From: an uncultured Candidatus Saccharibacteria bacterium
GTDB lineage: Bacteria > Patescibacteriota > Saccharimonadia > Saccharimonadales > SZUA-47
DNA length: 64,000 nucleotides
Assembly: GCA_964536485.1 (NCBI GenBank)
Contig: CAZHXX010000001.1
Span: forward strand, 149,643 to 213,642
Direction of reading: 5' to 3'
Part shown: one piece after another, positions 1 through 8,652 of the stretch
How the letters are laid out: each line of letters starts with the position of its first letter
Numbering within the stretch: the first letter of the stretch is position 1
Notes under the pieces: generated by a model
Databases searched by the model: none
What the model saw: the letters and a program-made list of their open reading frames with translations, nothing else
What the model was told of the DNA's origin: nothing
Program-made: the position numbers and the translations under genes

Positions 1-639
1 GCTGTTATTGTCTCTGGTGGGCATACGCAACTAGTCCTGTTTCGGAATCATTTTGACTATACGCTTCTGGGTAAGACTCGAGATGATGCAGTTGGTGAGG
101 CATTTGATAAAGTTGCAAAGATAATAGGCCTCCCCTACCCTGGTGGCCCGAATGTGGCGAACGCAGCAGAGCGAGGGGACGCAAAAAAATATCGACTTCC
201 TAAAGCAAGGCTAGATGAAAAGTATGAATTTAGCTTCTCTGGCATTAAAACAGCCGTTCTAAGGCTTGCACAGGAAGAAATTGGGGAAGATTTCACCTTC
301 CCTTCTTATCAACTGCCAGAGCGCCTCTCTGAGCTTCAAAAGAATGATATCGCGGCCTGTTTTCAGCGAGTAGCAATTGAGACGATTGTCGACAAAGCTG
401 TTCTAGCCTGTGCCGAGTTTACCCCACAATCTGTGGTGGTGGCTGGGGGTGTGGCTGCCAATCAAGAGCTCCGCAGGCAACTAGCCGAACGTTTGCCGGT
501 TAATCCCCAGTATACCGACATAAAACTATGTACAGATAACGGGGCGATGATTGCGACGCTTGGGTGCTTCAAAGCAATGTTAGGTGCCGAGAAAGCCGAC
601 CCCTACAGCCTAGCAATTCAACCAAATCTTAAGATGTAG
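1..639 (+). CDS. tsaD: tRNA N6-adenosine threonylcarbamoyltransferase TsaD (Kae1/Gcp family), 5'-truncated by window edge
   Basis: Frame 1 is open from nt 1 (AVIVSGGHTQLVLF...DDAVGEAFDKVAKIIGLPYPGGP...VVVAGGVAANQELR), the typical TsaD core and C-terminal half. Stop at 637-639. Confidence 0.9.
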   Translation, partial: AVIVSGGHTQLVLFRNHFDYTLLGKTRDDAVGEAFDKVAKIIGLPYPGGPNVANAAERGDAKKYRLPKARLDEKYEFSFSGIKTAVLRLAQEEIGEDFTFPSYQLPERLSELQKNDIAACFQRVAIETIVDKAVLACAEFTPQSVVVAGGVAANQELRRQLAERLPVNPQYTDIKLCTDNGAMIATLGCFKAMLGAEKADPYSLAIQPNLKM

Positions 640-1369
640 CCGCTACCCCACCAGGAACAACGACTCTTCCAAGTGATGCAACGCGTTGAAAGGTTGCTAA
701 CGATCCGTCGGCACGCACACTCTTTGTCTCATGAGAAAGTATCTCGTTTCCGTAGCCGAAGCCGTTTAAGAAGACCGCTGTTGAACCAATCGGCACATCG
801 ATTACGAAGACTGTTTTGGCGGCAGGAAGTTGATGCCCTACGGTCTTCATCATGTTTGCGAAAGACGTATCCACGTAGGGCTGTTCTACGTGTTGGATGC
901 GTTTGGAGTCGACATACTCCCGTTCTAAACTGTGTGACGGCTTCTTGGGTATAACATCTCCGACTAAGAGCCCGTTTGGGAGTAAGTACCTTCTCATTAT
1001 GAATCGAGTAGCACCTTGTATCGGTGCAATCTGAAGATCTCTATCGGCAAAATAAGTCGTATGTATCTGAAGGTATGGGTCTACTACCCCGTCTATATGC
1101 TCCGAGTTAGCAGATTTAAAATTATGTCCTCGTGTTTCTAGGCGATAAGTACCCCCAAAGATTCTTGCCACACTTAAGCCAACCTCTTTCGTGCGGGCCG
1201 TTGCTTGTCTTTCATGAAAATGGCGACGATATGGTTCATGGTCTACGACGAACAGAGGAGCAACAAGTAAAGACTCTTCTGAGGCTGAGCGCAGATCATC
1301 AACAGAACCTCTCCAGTATGGATGCGGTGCTCTGGGTTGTAGATTGATTTCACCTTTAGGTGTGGACAT
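629..1369 (-). CDS. hypothetical protein (246 aa)
   Basis: Long ORF convergent with tsaD. No family recognised by eye. Confidence 0.55.
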   Translation of the reverse strand: MSTPKGEINLQPRAPHPYWRGSVDDLRSASEESLLVAPLFVVDHEPYRRHFHERQATARTKEVGLSVARIFGGTYRLETRGHNFKSANSEHIDGVVDPYLQIHTTYFADRDLQIAPIQGATRFIMRRYLLPNGLLVGDVIPKKPSHSLEREYVDSKRIQHVEQPYVDTSFANMMKTVGHQLPAAKTVFVIDVPIGSTAVFLNGFGYGNEILSHETKSVRADGSLATFQRVASLGRVVVPGGVAATS

Positions 1370-1688
1370 AGAGCGAAACTATAGAATAAATACGTGAATA
1401 AATCAATATATACCCTGCTCTTCTCTGTTGGTATAGTGGATGTGAAAACAAAAAGTTTGTACGTATTCTTCGTGTCACGAACGAAGTGCACCTAACGAAC
1501 AAAAAACGAACTGATTTCTGAGGGATGTCTTTTCGTCAATTTGGGCACTGTATATGAGGGGTTATAGATAACTACTCTTGATATTTTTTGCTCAATTTTC
1601 ACGTGAAAAGCACTGTGTAAGCGTTTCAAACAAAAGCCCAAACCTTAGTTCGTGCTTTCTTAACAGAGGTGGTATACTATTTACATCT

Positions 1689-4244
1689 ATGAAATTACCA
1701 AAAACTTACACACCAAGTGACTATGAAGCAGATATTTATGCTCTCTGGGAAAAGACAGAGGCCTTTCAACCGAAAGGAAAGGGTGACTTCTTTAGTATTG
1801 TCTTGCCACCGCCTAATGCAAACGCGCCACTACACATTGGCCATTCGCTCGACTTCTCTTTAAAAGATATCGTTGCTCGCTATCAGCGGGCAAAAGGCAA
1901 ACGAGTGCTTATGGTACCGGGCGCTGACCACGCGGGGTTTGAGACACAAGTTGTGTATGAAAAACACTTGGCCAAAGAAGGGAAGAGCCGTTTCGATTTT
2001 TCTCGCGAGGAGCTGTACTCGCGAATATGGGATTTTGTCCAAGAAAATAAAGGTACCTTTGAGTCGCAACTTCGTTCTTTTGGAACGAGCTGTGATTGGA
2101 CTCGGTTTACCTTTACGCTCGACGAGAAAGTGGTACACACCGCCTACGGGACATTTAAGCGACTATGGGACGATGGGCTTATTTATAGAGGTGAACGACT
2201 GGTAAACTACTGTACCTTTCACCGAACTGGCTTTGCGGATATCGAGGTAAAATACGAAGATAGAGTCACGCCCCTATACTACTTGAAGTATGGGCCGTTT
2301 GTACTTGCAACGACGCGTCCTGAAACTAAATTTGGTGATACTGCTGTGGCAGTACATCCAGACGACGAACGATACAAAGACTACGTTGGCAAGGTGCTTA
2401 CAGTAGATGGCGTAAATGGTCCGTTTGAGATACGCGTTATTGCAGATGAGATGGTAGATCGCTCTTTTGGAACGGGCGTCGTTAAGATTACGCCTGCACA
2501 CGATGTAAACGACTGGGAAGTAGCTCAGCGTCATAATTTGGAAGCAATACGAGTCATTAACCATGACGGCACGATGAATCACCGAGCAGGCCAGTTTGAG
2601 GGCATGCCAGTTGCAGAAGCTCGTAAAGCGGTGGTTGAGGCGCTCAAAGAAAAAGACTTGCTTGACCATGTAGACGAGAAATATCAAAACAGGGTAGGGG
2701 TCTGCTACAAATGTGGCACAGTTATCGAACCAATGCTTCTCGATCAATGGTTTGTCGATATGAAAAAACTTGCTCAGCCAGCGATAAAGGCGCTCCGTGA
2801 GAAAAAAATTACTTTCTATCCTGAAGCAAAGCGCGCCCAGACGATTGAATACCTTAAGAATGTTCGCGATTGGAACATTAGTCGTCAGATTGCGTGGGGA
2901 ATCCCTATTCCAGCGTTTCAGAATGTTGATGACCCAGATGACTGGATTTTTGACGAGGCAGTGAGTGAAGAAATTATTGAACGAGACGGAAAACATTACC
3001 GTCGCGATCCGGACGTTTTTGACACCTGGTTTTCTAGCGGTCAGTGGCCGTATGTCACTCTTGGCTACCCAGACAATGATGACTATAAGGATGGGTACCC
3101 AACATCGTTTATGGAAATGGGCGTTGATATCTTGTACCAGTGGGGTGCACGTATGATTTGTCTCGGGTTGTATGTGACCGGAGATGTTCCTTTTAAAGAG
3201 CTCTACCTTCACGGCATGGTGCGTAGTGAAGATGGCCGAAAAATGAGCAAAAGTCTTGGCAATGTTATTGACCCAAATAGTGTGCTTGCAGAGTATGGTT
3301 CTGATGCTTTGCGCATGGGTATTGTCTCTGGGAGAAGCCCGGGAGATTCAGCTGCTTACTCGCAGGCCAAGATACTCGCTGGCCGGAACTTTGCAAACAA
3401 GCTGTGGAACATTGCCCGCTTTTGCGAAGGATTGTTAGATGACAAGAATCCAAACTCTCATCAAGCAAAGGCAGTGACTCCTGCGGATCACTGGATGTTG
3501 AGCAAATTACAACAATCATCAGATGAGATTAGCGCTCATCTTGATGTGTATCGCATTAGCGAAGCGTATGAAGCAATGTACCACTTTGTCTGGGATGACG
3601 TTGCGGACTGGTATGTGGAGGCAAGTAAGCGCGAACTTAACCCTGACCTCTTGCTCTATGTGCTAGAGAGTGTGTTGATACTCGCACACCCATTTGCCCC
3701 GTTTGTGACAGAGACAATCTGGCAGACGTTGGCCATTACCGATGACTCGGTGCTTGCAACGGCGCTGTGGCCAAAAGCGTTGAAGTTTGACAGTAAAAAA
3801 GTTGATGAGTTTGCTGAAATACAGCGGATAGTTATTGAGACAAGAGCAATTGTCTCTGCTATGCAATTGCAGAAGACGTCTTTGTATCATAGCGACGTGG
3901 CCTTTTTGCAGGAGCACGCGACCCTTATTGCGCAACTTGCCCGGATCGACGGCGTACACCAAGTAGAAGACGGGAAGGGGCTTCGACTCACAACTACCAA
4001 GTATAACTGCTGGTTAGACATAGACCGTGAGCGTGCAGAGCGTTATGTTAAAAAGCTAGCAGCTCACCAGGAAGAGGCTAAAAACCGCCTAGAGGGCCTC
4101 AAAAAGCGTCTAGAGAACAAAAATTATGTCGATAACGCCCCAAAGGAACTGGTTGCTGAAACAAAACAACAACTTGCTGATGCTGAAGTGCTTATAGAGA
4201 ATATGAGCCGTGAAATTGCCAGAATAAGCGGCGTGACAGAGTAA
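1689..4244 (+). CDS. valS: valine--tRNA ligase
   Basis: Class I aaRS with a HIGH-type motif (PLHIGHSL), KMSKS, and a C-terminal coiled coil. The ATG at 1689 (MKLPKTYTP...) is preferred over the TTG at 1578. A TATACT box lies at 1673-1678. Confidence 0.95.
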   Translation: MKLPKTYTPSDYEADIYALWEKTEAFQPKGKGDFFSIVLPPPNANAPLHIGHSLDFSLKDIVARYQRAKGKRVLMVPGADHAGFETQVVYEKHLAKEGKSRFDFSREELYSRIWDFVQENKGTFESQLRSFGTSCDWTRFTFTLDEKVVHTAYGTFKRLWDDGLIYRGERLVNYCTFHRTGFADIEVKYEDRVTPLYYLKYGPFVLATTRPETKFGDTAVAVHPDDERYKDYVGKVLTVDGVNGPFEIRVIADEMVDRSFGTGVVKITPAHDVNDWEVAQRHNLEAIRVINHDGTMNHRAGQFEGMPVAEARKAVVEALKEKDLLDHVDEKYQNRVGVCYKCGTVIEPMLLDQWFVDMKKLAQPAIKALREKKITFYPEAKRAQTIEYLKNVRDWNISRQIAWGIPIPAFQNVDDPDDWIFDEAVSEEIIERDGKHYRRDPDVFDTWFSSGQWPYVTLGYPDNDDYKDGYPTSFMEMGVDILYQWGARMICLGLYVTGDVPFKELYLHGMVRSEDGRKMSKSLGNVIDPNSVLAEYGSDALRMGIVSGRSPGDSAAYSQAKILAGRNFANKLWNIARFCEGLLDDKNPNSHQAKAVTPADHWMLSKLQQSSDEISAHLDVYRISEAYEAMYHFVWDDVADWYVEASKRELNPDLLLYVLESVLILAHPFAPFVTETIWQTLAITDDSVLATALWPKALKFDSKKVDEFAEIQRIVIETRAIVSAMQLQKTSLYHSDVAFLQEHATLIAQLARIDGVHQVEDGKGLRLTTTKYNCWLDIDRERAERYVKKLAAHQEEAKNRLEGLKKRLENKNYVDNAPKELVAETKQQLADAEVLIENMSREIARISGVTE

Positions 4245-4281
4245 GTTGATATAGAGTTAAAAATATTTTATAATAAATAAC

Positions 4282-4995
4282 ATGACAGAGTTTCTTCTAG
4301 GTCTTGAGCTTGAGCCTTTTGTAGATGGTAAGCCTCATTTACAGTTGTTGACTACCGACAAAGGTGTTCATGTTGTACGTTTTCCTCGAGATATGGGCGA
4401 ACAACGCTCAATTAGTATGGATACGGCGTTAAATCGAGAAGATTGGATTATGCGTGTACTTGGTGAGCATCAAAAACTTCGAGATCGTGGAGTTAGAGTG
4501 CCTGTTACGAGAGCACAGACTGCGCATACTCGCTTCTACACTGGAGATTCATATCATATGACTGGGAGTGGTGTTGTTATGATTAGTGAATTTGTTTCCG
4601 GTATTCCGTTGCTCGATGTAGATTCTAGGAAACTCGATAATCGTAAAAGACAGTTACTTCACAAATCTGGGACAAGAACTGTCATCGGCCTTTGCATGTA
4701 CGCGAGCGTGGCTACAGACAATGAAGCTGAAATCCTACATGATATATTTCCCCCTAAGCAATTTATGGTGGGTAATCTGATAGATGATGCTCCGCACACG
4801 GATGCTGATCTATTTATGATTGATACAGAAGGTATGCTGGCCTCGACGACAGACCTCAATACGCTTGAAGGAACGGCTAATCTTATAGCAGATCTAGTAG
4901 GTACAATTGAAGAGCTGTCAGGACTTGAAATGCCCACCGCTAGACGAGCACTACATTCGTTTAGATATGGTGATTTTAGTGTCCCTCAAGTATAG
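4282..4995 (+). CDS. hypothetical protein, possible protein-kinase-like fold
   Basis: 237-aa ORF. ILHDIFPPKQF...LFMIDTEG weakly resembles the HxD...N / DxG catalytic segments of the kinase-like fold. TATAAT at 4269-4274, 7 nt before the ATG. Confidence 0.5.
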   Translation: MTEFLLGLELEPFVDGKPHLQLLTTDKGVHVVRFPRDMGEQRSISMDTALNREDWIMRVLGEHQKLRDRGVRVPVTRAQTAHTRFYTGDSYHMTGSGVVMISEFVSGIPLLDVDSRKLDNRKRQLLHKSGTRTVIGLCMYASVATDNEAEILHDIFPPKQFMVGNLIDDAPHTDADLFMIDTEGMLASTTDLNTLEGTANLIADLVGTIEELSGLEMPTARRALHSFRYGDFSVPQV

Positions 4996-5000
4996 TTTGT

Positions 5001-5855
5001 TTAGACAAGTTCGAGAGCTGAGCGGATGCGCTCTACAGACTCAGCAGGACGCATATCGTCGAACCACATGACCCGCCACCCTTGTTGTTCGGCGGCCATA
5101 AGGTTTGTTCTGCTGTCGTCGATAAATAGAATTTCTTCTGGAGGAACGCCTGAGCGGTCAGTCGCTACCGAGTAGATATGAGGCTCTGGCTTAATGGTAC
5201 CTACCTGAGAGGAGTCAATGATACTATCATAGGCAAGATTGGGCAGGAGCCCGCCGTAAAGCAATTTCTGGATAAGCCCAGGCATGATATTAGAGAGTAG
5301 GCCGATTTTATAATGTTGCGAAATCCAGCGAGCAAGTGTGTGCATCTCGGTAATTGGCTCTACTGCATCGAGATAGTATTCTTCCCACTTTATGGAGCGT
5401 ACACCTATCCGTTCAGCAAATTGTTGGTTGAATTCCTCGAGGCTTATTTCGCCACGACACGCAACGTCATTAAGATGCCAAAAGGCTGTTTCTATTGTTT
5501 CACTTGAAACGCCTGTTTCATGGGATATTTTGGTGAAGGCTGCATGAAAGAAATGCACCATACAGCCGTTAATATCGACATACACAAACGAAACGCCTGA
5601 TTTGCTTGTTCGTTTCTGGACCGCCGGTGGGGTGGCAAGCGATAAGTGACCTAGCAGTGTATCAAGCGATACGCCCAGGACCGATGCAATTCGCGCAACG
5701 GTGAATACCGATGGCGTCTTGATCGCTCCTCGCTCGATTTTTGCTAAGGTCGAATAAGACAAATCTGCCCTAACACACAGTTCTTGTTGTGTCAGAGCAG
5801 CAGTTTGCCGTGCTGTTTGTATAGCTTTTCCCAAAGCTAGCTCCACCCGATCCAT
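5001..5855 (-). CDS. XRE-family HTH domain fused to a HAD-like hydrolase domain
   Basis: N-terminus LTQQELCVRADLSYSTLAKIERG (Cro/C1 HTH). C-terminal half has HAD motifs (VYVDINGCM, LLSN, K...FIDD). Start set at M35 (5855; M31 at 5867 is also possible) because the upstream extension overlaps a small ORF. Confidence 0.7.
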   Translation of the reverse strand: MDRVELALGKAIQTARQTAALTQQELCVRADLSYSTLAKIERGAIKTPSVFTVARIASVLGVSLDTLLGHLSLATPPAVQKRTSKSGVSFVYVDINGCMVHFFHAAFTKISHETGVSSETIETAFWHLNDVACRGEISLEEFNQQFAERIGVRSIKWEEYYLDAVEPITEMHTLARWISQHYKIGLLSNIMPGLIQKLLYGGLLPNLAYDSIIDSSQVGTIKPEPHIYSVATDRSGVPPEEILFIDDSRTNLMAAEQQGWRVMWFDDMRPAESVERIRSALELV

Positions 5856-5910
5856 TAGTACTATCATACCAGCTGGAGCGTAAAAATGGAATAAAAATGG
5901 TACGAAAAGG

Positions 5911-6084
5911 CTAGACAGGGATAAACGACAGAATGATGAGCATAAGAATGAAGGCAAGAACGCCCACTACTACGCCACCACCGACTGACTTCTGCGTGTT
6001 GCCGCCTGTACGCTTGTAGAACTTATTTGCAACCCAGGCACCAGAGCCTAGCGCAACTAAAAAAGCAATAAGTGTGTTTCCCAT
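5911..6084 (-). CDS. small two-TM membrane protein (57 aa), below the ORF-track cutoff
   Basis: Hand translation: MGNTLIAFLVALGSGAWVANKFYKRTGGNTQKSVGGGVVVGVLAFILMLIILSFIPV*. An AGGAA lies just upstream of the ATG. Confidence 0.45.
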   Translation of the reverse strand: MGNTLIAFLVALGSGAWVANKFYKRTGGNTQKSVGGGVVVGVLAFILMLIILSFIPV

Positions 6085-6105
6085 ATGTTCCTAGTATACG
6101 AGAAA

Positions 6106-7467
6106 TTAGCGAAACGAGAAAGCCTCAAAGTGCATTTGAGAAAGTGGGACGCCTGCTTTTTGAAGTTGCGTGGTAAGGGCTTTCACCATAGGAGGAGGGC
6201 CACATATGAGGTAATCGAACTGGCGCAAATCGGCTAAAGAGTTTTTTAGCATGTCTACCGTCACAAAGCCACTGAAGTTTTTTGCAACGACACTTGTTGC
6301 GAAGTTCTCTGGCAGGTGGCGGGTAATATCTATAAATTCGTTCAGAAAGACTGCTTCATCGAGCGATTCGGTCCCGTAGTAAAAGCGTATATCGTACTCC
6401 TCTGTGCCAGAAAATGAGCGAGCCATACTGAGGAATGGCGTGATCCCAATGCCACCTGCTATCCATACTTGTGAGCGATTCTTCACATTTTTGTAGCTGA
6501 ACCTTCCATAAGGGCCCTCAAGCTGTACGGCAGTGCCTGGCTGTAGGTCCATAAAACGTTTTGTGTCGTCACCAAGTGCTTTAATCGTAAAACGGATATA
6601 TGGGCCGTTATGGGCATTTGAAAAAGAGAATGGGTGTGGTTCTGGGTCCACGCCGATTGCGTCAAAAGAGGCATAGGCATATTGGCCTGCTTCATAATGC
6701 ATTTTTTGACCACTTGTACGCAGGACTAGTTCTGCAACTGTGGGGTTGAGTCTATTTATCTCTGCAATCTCGTATTGATATCGTCGTATAACTTTTTTCC
6801 AAACAACGGAGCGGTATAAGAAGGCGATAAACCCAGCAGTCCCTAGGATTCCAAAAAAGACAAAAAGCAGAGGGATCTTCGTAATTTGCCCACGAGCAAG
6901 AAGACCGTGTAAAAAGAAGAGAGGGATAAGCCATCCAAAAAATCGATGTACCCATATCCATTTTTGGTGAGTCACGTGGGCGTAGATACTCATTCCCGTC
7001 ACGAAGATGAGCCCAAAAAAAGCGCCTATTCCTAAAAATATGACAAGGCTCGACCAGTCCCAGATATGGCTCAATGGGGTGTCTTTTAAGTATCGCCCTA
7101 GCCCAAGAAATACCGGGTGAAGTATGATTAGCCAAAAAGCGATTTTACCTGATGCAATATGCACTTTTGTGAGTTTGTCGAGCCCTCCGTAGAGCTTTTC
7201 CAGAACACGTAGTCGAGCACTTAAAATTGGATTAAGGCAGTAAAGCGTTGTCCCGCAGAGAGCCACAGCTTTACCTAGGGAAGCAATGCTCGTGCCTAAA
7301 TTTGCTGTGGCGTTACTAAGGCCGAAGCTTTCAAGCCAAATGAAAATAGGGATACATCCAAACAGAACGAGTAATACATTACTCATGTATTTATCTATAA
7401 AAGTCACGATTCTATTGTCCCGAATGTGCTTGTGTTTTGCAAACTCAAGTCTAGAGAAGGAAAACAT
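6106..7467 (-). CDS. ferric-reductase-domain flavocytochrome (NOX/FRE-like: 6-TM heme domain + FAD + NAD(P)H domains)
   Basis: His pairs with NOX-like spacing in TM helices (HIASGKIAFWLIILH; HRFFGWLIPLFFLH). HPFSFS FAD motif. GGIGITP NAD(P)H motif. The start could instead be M28 (7386). Confidence 0.8.
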   Translation of the reverse strand: MFSFSRLEFAKHKHIRDNRIVTFIDKYMSNVLLVLFGCIPIFIWLESFGLSNATANLGTSIASLGKAVALCGTTLYCLNPILSARLRVLEKLYGGLDKLTKVHIASGKIAFWLIILHPVFLGLGRYLKDTPLSHIWDWSSLVIFLGIGAFFGLIFVTGMSIYAHVTHQKWIWVHRFFGWLIPLFFLHGLLARGQITKIPLLFVFFGILGTAGFIAFLYRSVVWKKVIRRYQYEIAEINRLNPTVAELVLRTSGQKMHYEAGQYAYASFDAIGVDPEPHPFSFSNAHNGPYIRFTIKALGDDTKRFMDLQPGTAVQLEGPYGRFSYKNVKNRSQVWIAGGIGITPFLSMARSFSGTEEYDIRFYYGTESLDEAVFLNEFIDITRHLPENFATSVVAKNFSGFVTVDMLKNSLADLRQFDYLICGPPPMVKALTTQLQKAGVPLSQMHFEAFSFR

Positions 7468-7503
7468 AAACCAATAGAACTATTGACTCCCGTAAAGCTA
7501 AAG

Positions 7504-8058
7504 CTAAGGTTGGGTAGCCCCTCTTACAGCTAGGCCGCCTGATGCGGGCGCCACGGCCCGAAGTTTTTCCGACGCATTTACTAACATCTCAGAAAGCTCA
7601 TGGAACGGGCTAACGGCACCTATCTCTTCGTGCGAAGTGCTACCAGGGCTCGTCTGGTCATATTTCACTAAGACGCTCTTCACCGGGTCTTCTATTCCTA
7701 TATCTACTACTCCCCATGTTTCTCCAATAGTAACCTCTTCTGGCTGGCCGTTAAGAAGTGCTCCCGATTTTGGTTGCGGGGAGGCAAACTTACCGGTAGC
7801 TTTATCGATTTCTGGTAGTTCAATGATTACACCCTTACCAATACCAAATCTTCTACCCGCATCAGTTGTTACTATTACGGCGTCGTCTGATGAAGGTGAC
7901 CTTAGTTGTCTCGTGCGCGTATGTTCGCCCCATCGTGTAGATTGTCCTGGTTCACTCATAAGTAATGCAAGTGATCCATCTCTGAATTGTGCCATAGTGT
8001 AGCTGTTGGGGCGGGGTGCCATTTCACCTTGGCCAGGCATTTTTGTTTTATCTGTCAT
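7504..8058 (-). CDS. hypothetical protein (184 aa)
   Basis: ORF only; no recognisable motif. Confidence 0.5.
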   Translation of the reverse strand: MTDKTKMPGQGEMAPRPNSYTMAQFRDGSLALLMSEPGQSTRWGEHTRTRQLRSPSSDDAVIVTTDAGRRFGIGKGVIIELPEIDKATGKFASPQPKSGALLNGQPEEVTIGETWGVVDIGIEDPVKSVLVKYDQTSPGSTSHEEIGAVSPFHELSEMLVNASEKLRAVAPASGGLAVRGATQP

Positions 8059-8158
8059 GTTCTTATGATAGCACTAAAACAATAATTTGTCAATAAGTAA
8101 GCACTTTACAGTGGTTGATTTCGACCCGAAGTGACGTTATGAACAATAAAATACCAAT

Positions 8159-8182
8159 AAAAAAGACCCAGATAACTGAGTC
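8159..8182 (-). terminator. rho-independent terminator following element A
   Basis: Minus strand reads GACTCAG-TTAT-CTGGGTC followed by TTTTTT. Confidence 0.6.
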
Positions 8183-8190
8183 ATTTTTAT

Positions 8191-8343
8191 TGGTACACCC
8201 GATACGATTTACCCGCATTCTGCGGGCCTGAAACTTCATCTTTGAAAACAAGTTTTCAAGAAAAGGTTTCCTTGCAAAATGCCACCGGCATTTTTCACCT
8301 CCGACCTCTTTTCGGTCGTACGTGTTGGATCGAGGACACCAAA
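8191..8343 (-). repeat. structured element copy A (three-hairpin core; ends in a 20-nt copy of the tRNA-Arg 3' end)
   Basis: Core 8306-8211 aligns with 8538-8638 (copy B). 8191-8210 is identical to 8377-8396. See findings. Confidence 0.6.
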
Positions 8344-8345
8344 TT

Positions 8346-8367
8346 AAAAACCCCGCATAAAGCAGGG
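8346..8367 (-). terminator. rho-independent terminator after tRNA-Arg
   Basis: Minus strand reads CCCTGC-TTTAT-GCGGGG followed by TTTTT. Confidence 0.55.
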
Positions 8368-8376
8368 TTCTTAATT

Positions 8377-8453
8377 TGGTACACCCGATACGATTTGAAC
8401 GTACGACCTCCTGTACCGCAAACAGACGCTCTATCCAGCTGAGCTACGGGTGC
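8377..8453 (-). tRNA. tRNA-Arg, anticodon GCG by my fold, CCA encoded
   Basis: Hand-folded cloverleaf: GCACCCG-TA-GCTC-AGCTGGATA-GAGC-G-TCTGT-TTGCGGT-ACAGG-AGGTC-GTACG-TTCAAAT-CGTAT-CGGGTGT-ACCA. Confidence 0.85.
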
Positions 8454-8499
8454 TTTTCGCTGTGAATTTCACACAGAACAGAGGTAATTCTAGCATATC

Positions 8500-8510
8500 T
8501 GGTATATAAT
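8500..8510 (+). promoter_or_regulatory. candidate -10 region (TGGTATATAAT) driving element B / tRNA-Ser
   Basis: TATAAT at 8505-8510, 10 nt upstream of the GGAGAGATGG at 8521. Confidence 0.45.
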
Positions 8511-8520
8511 TACCAGTGCT

Positions 8521-8652
8521 GGAGAGATGGCCGAGTTGGTCGAAGGTGAGAAATGCCCATGAGCGCATTTCGCAAGACAGGCAACACTTGAAAACTTGTT
8601 TTCAAAGCTGTTGTACTGTGGGGTCGCCGAAGGTGACCACGACGTAGTCGTG
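8521..8652 (+). repeat. structured element copy B (starts with a copy of the tRNA-Ser 5' end, then the three-hairpin core)
   Basis: 8521-8548 matches 8702-8729 at 26 of 28 positions. Core 8538-8638 is homologous to copy A. An extra hairpin CACGAC-GTA-GTCGTG lies at 8638-8652. Confidence 0.6.

Noticed and set aside
1491-1688. Possible T-box riboswitch upstream of valS.
   Set aside because: No AGGGTGGTACCGCG-type T-box sequence or specifier-loop architecture is present. GGTGGTATACT is better read as the -10 region.
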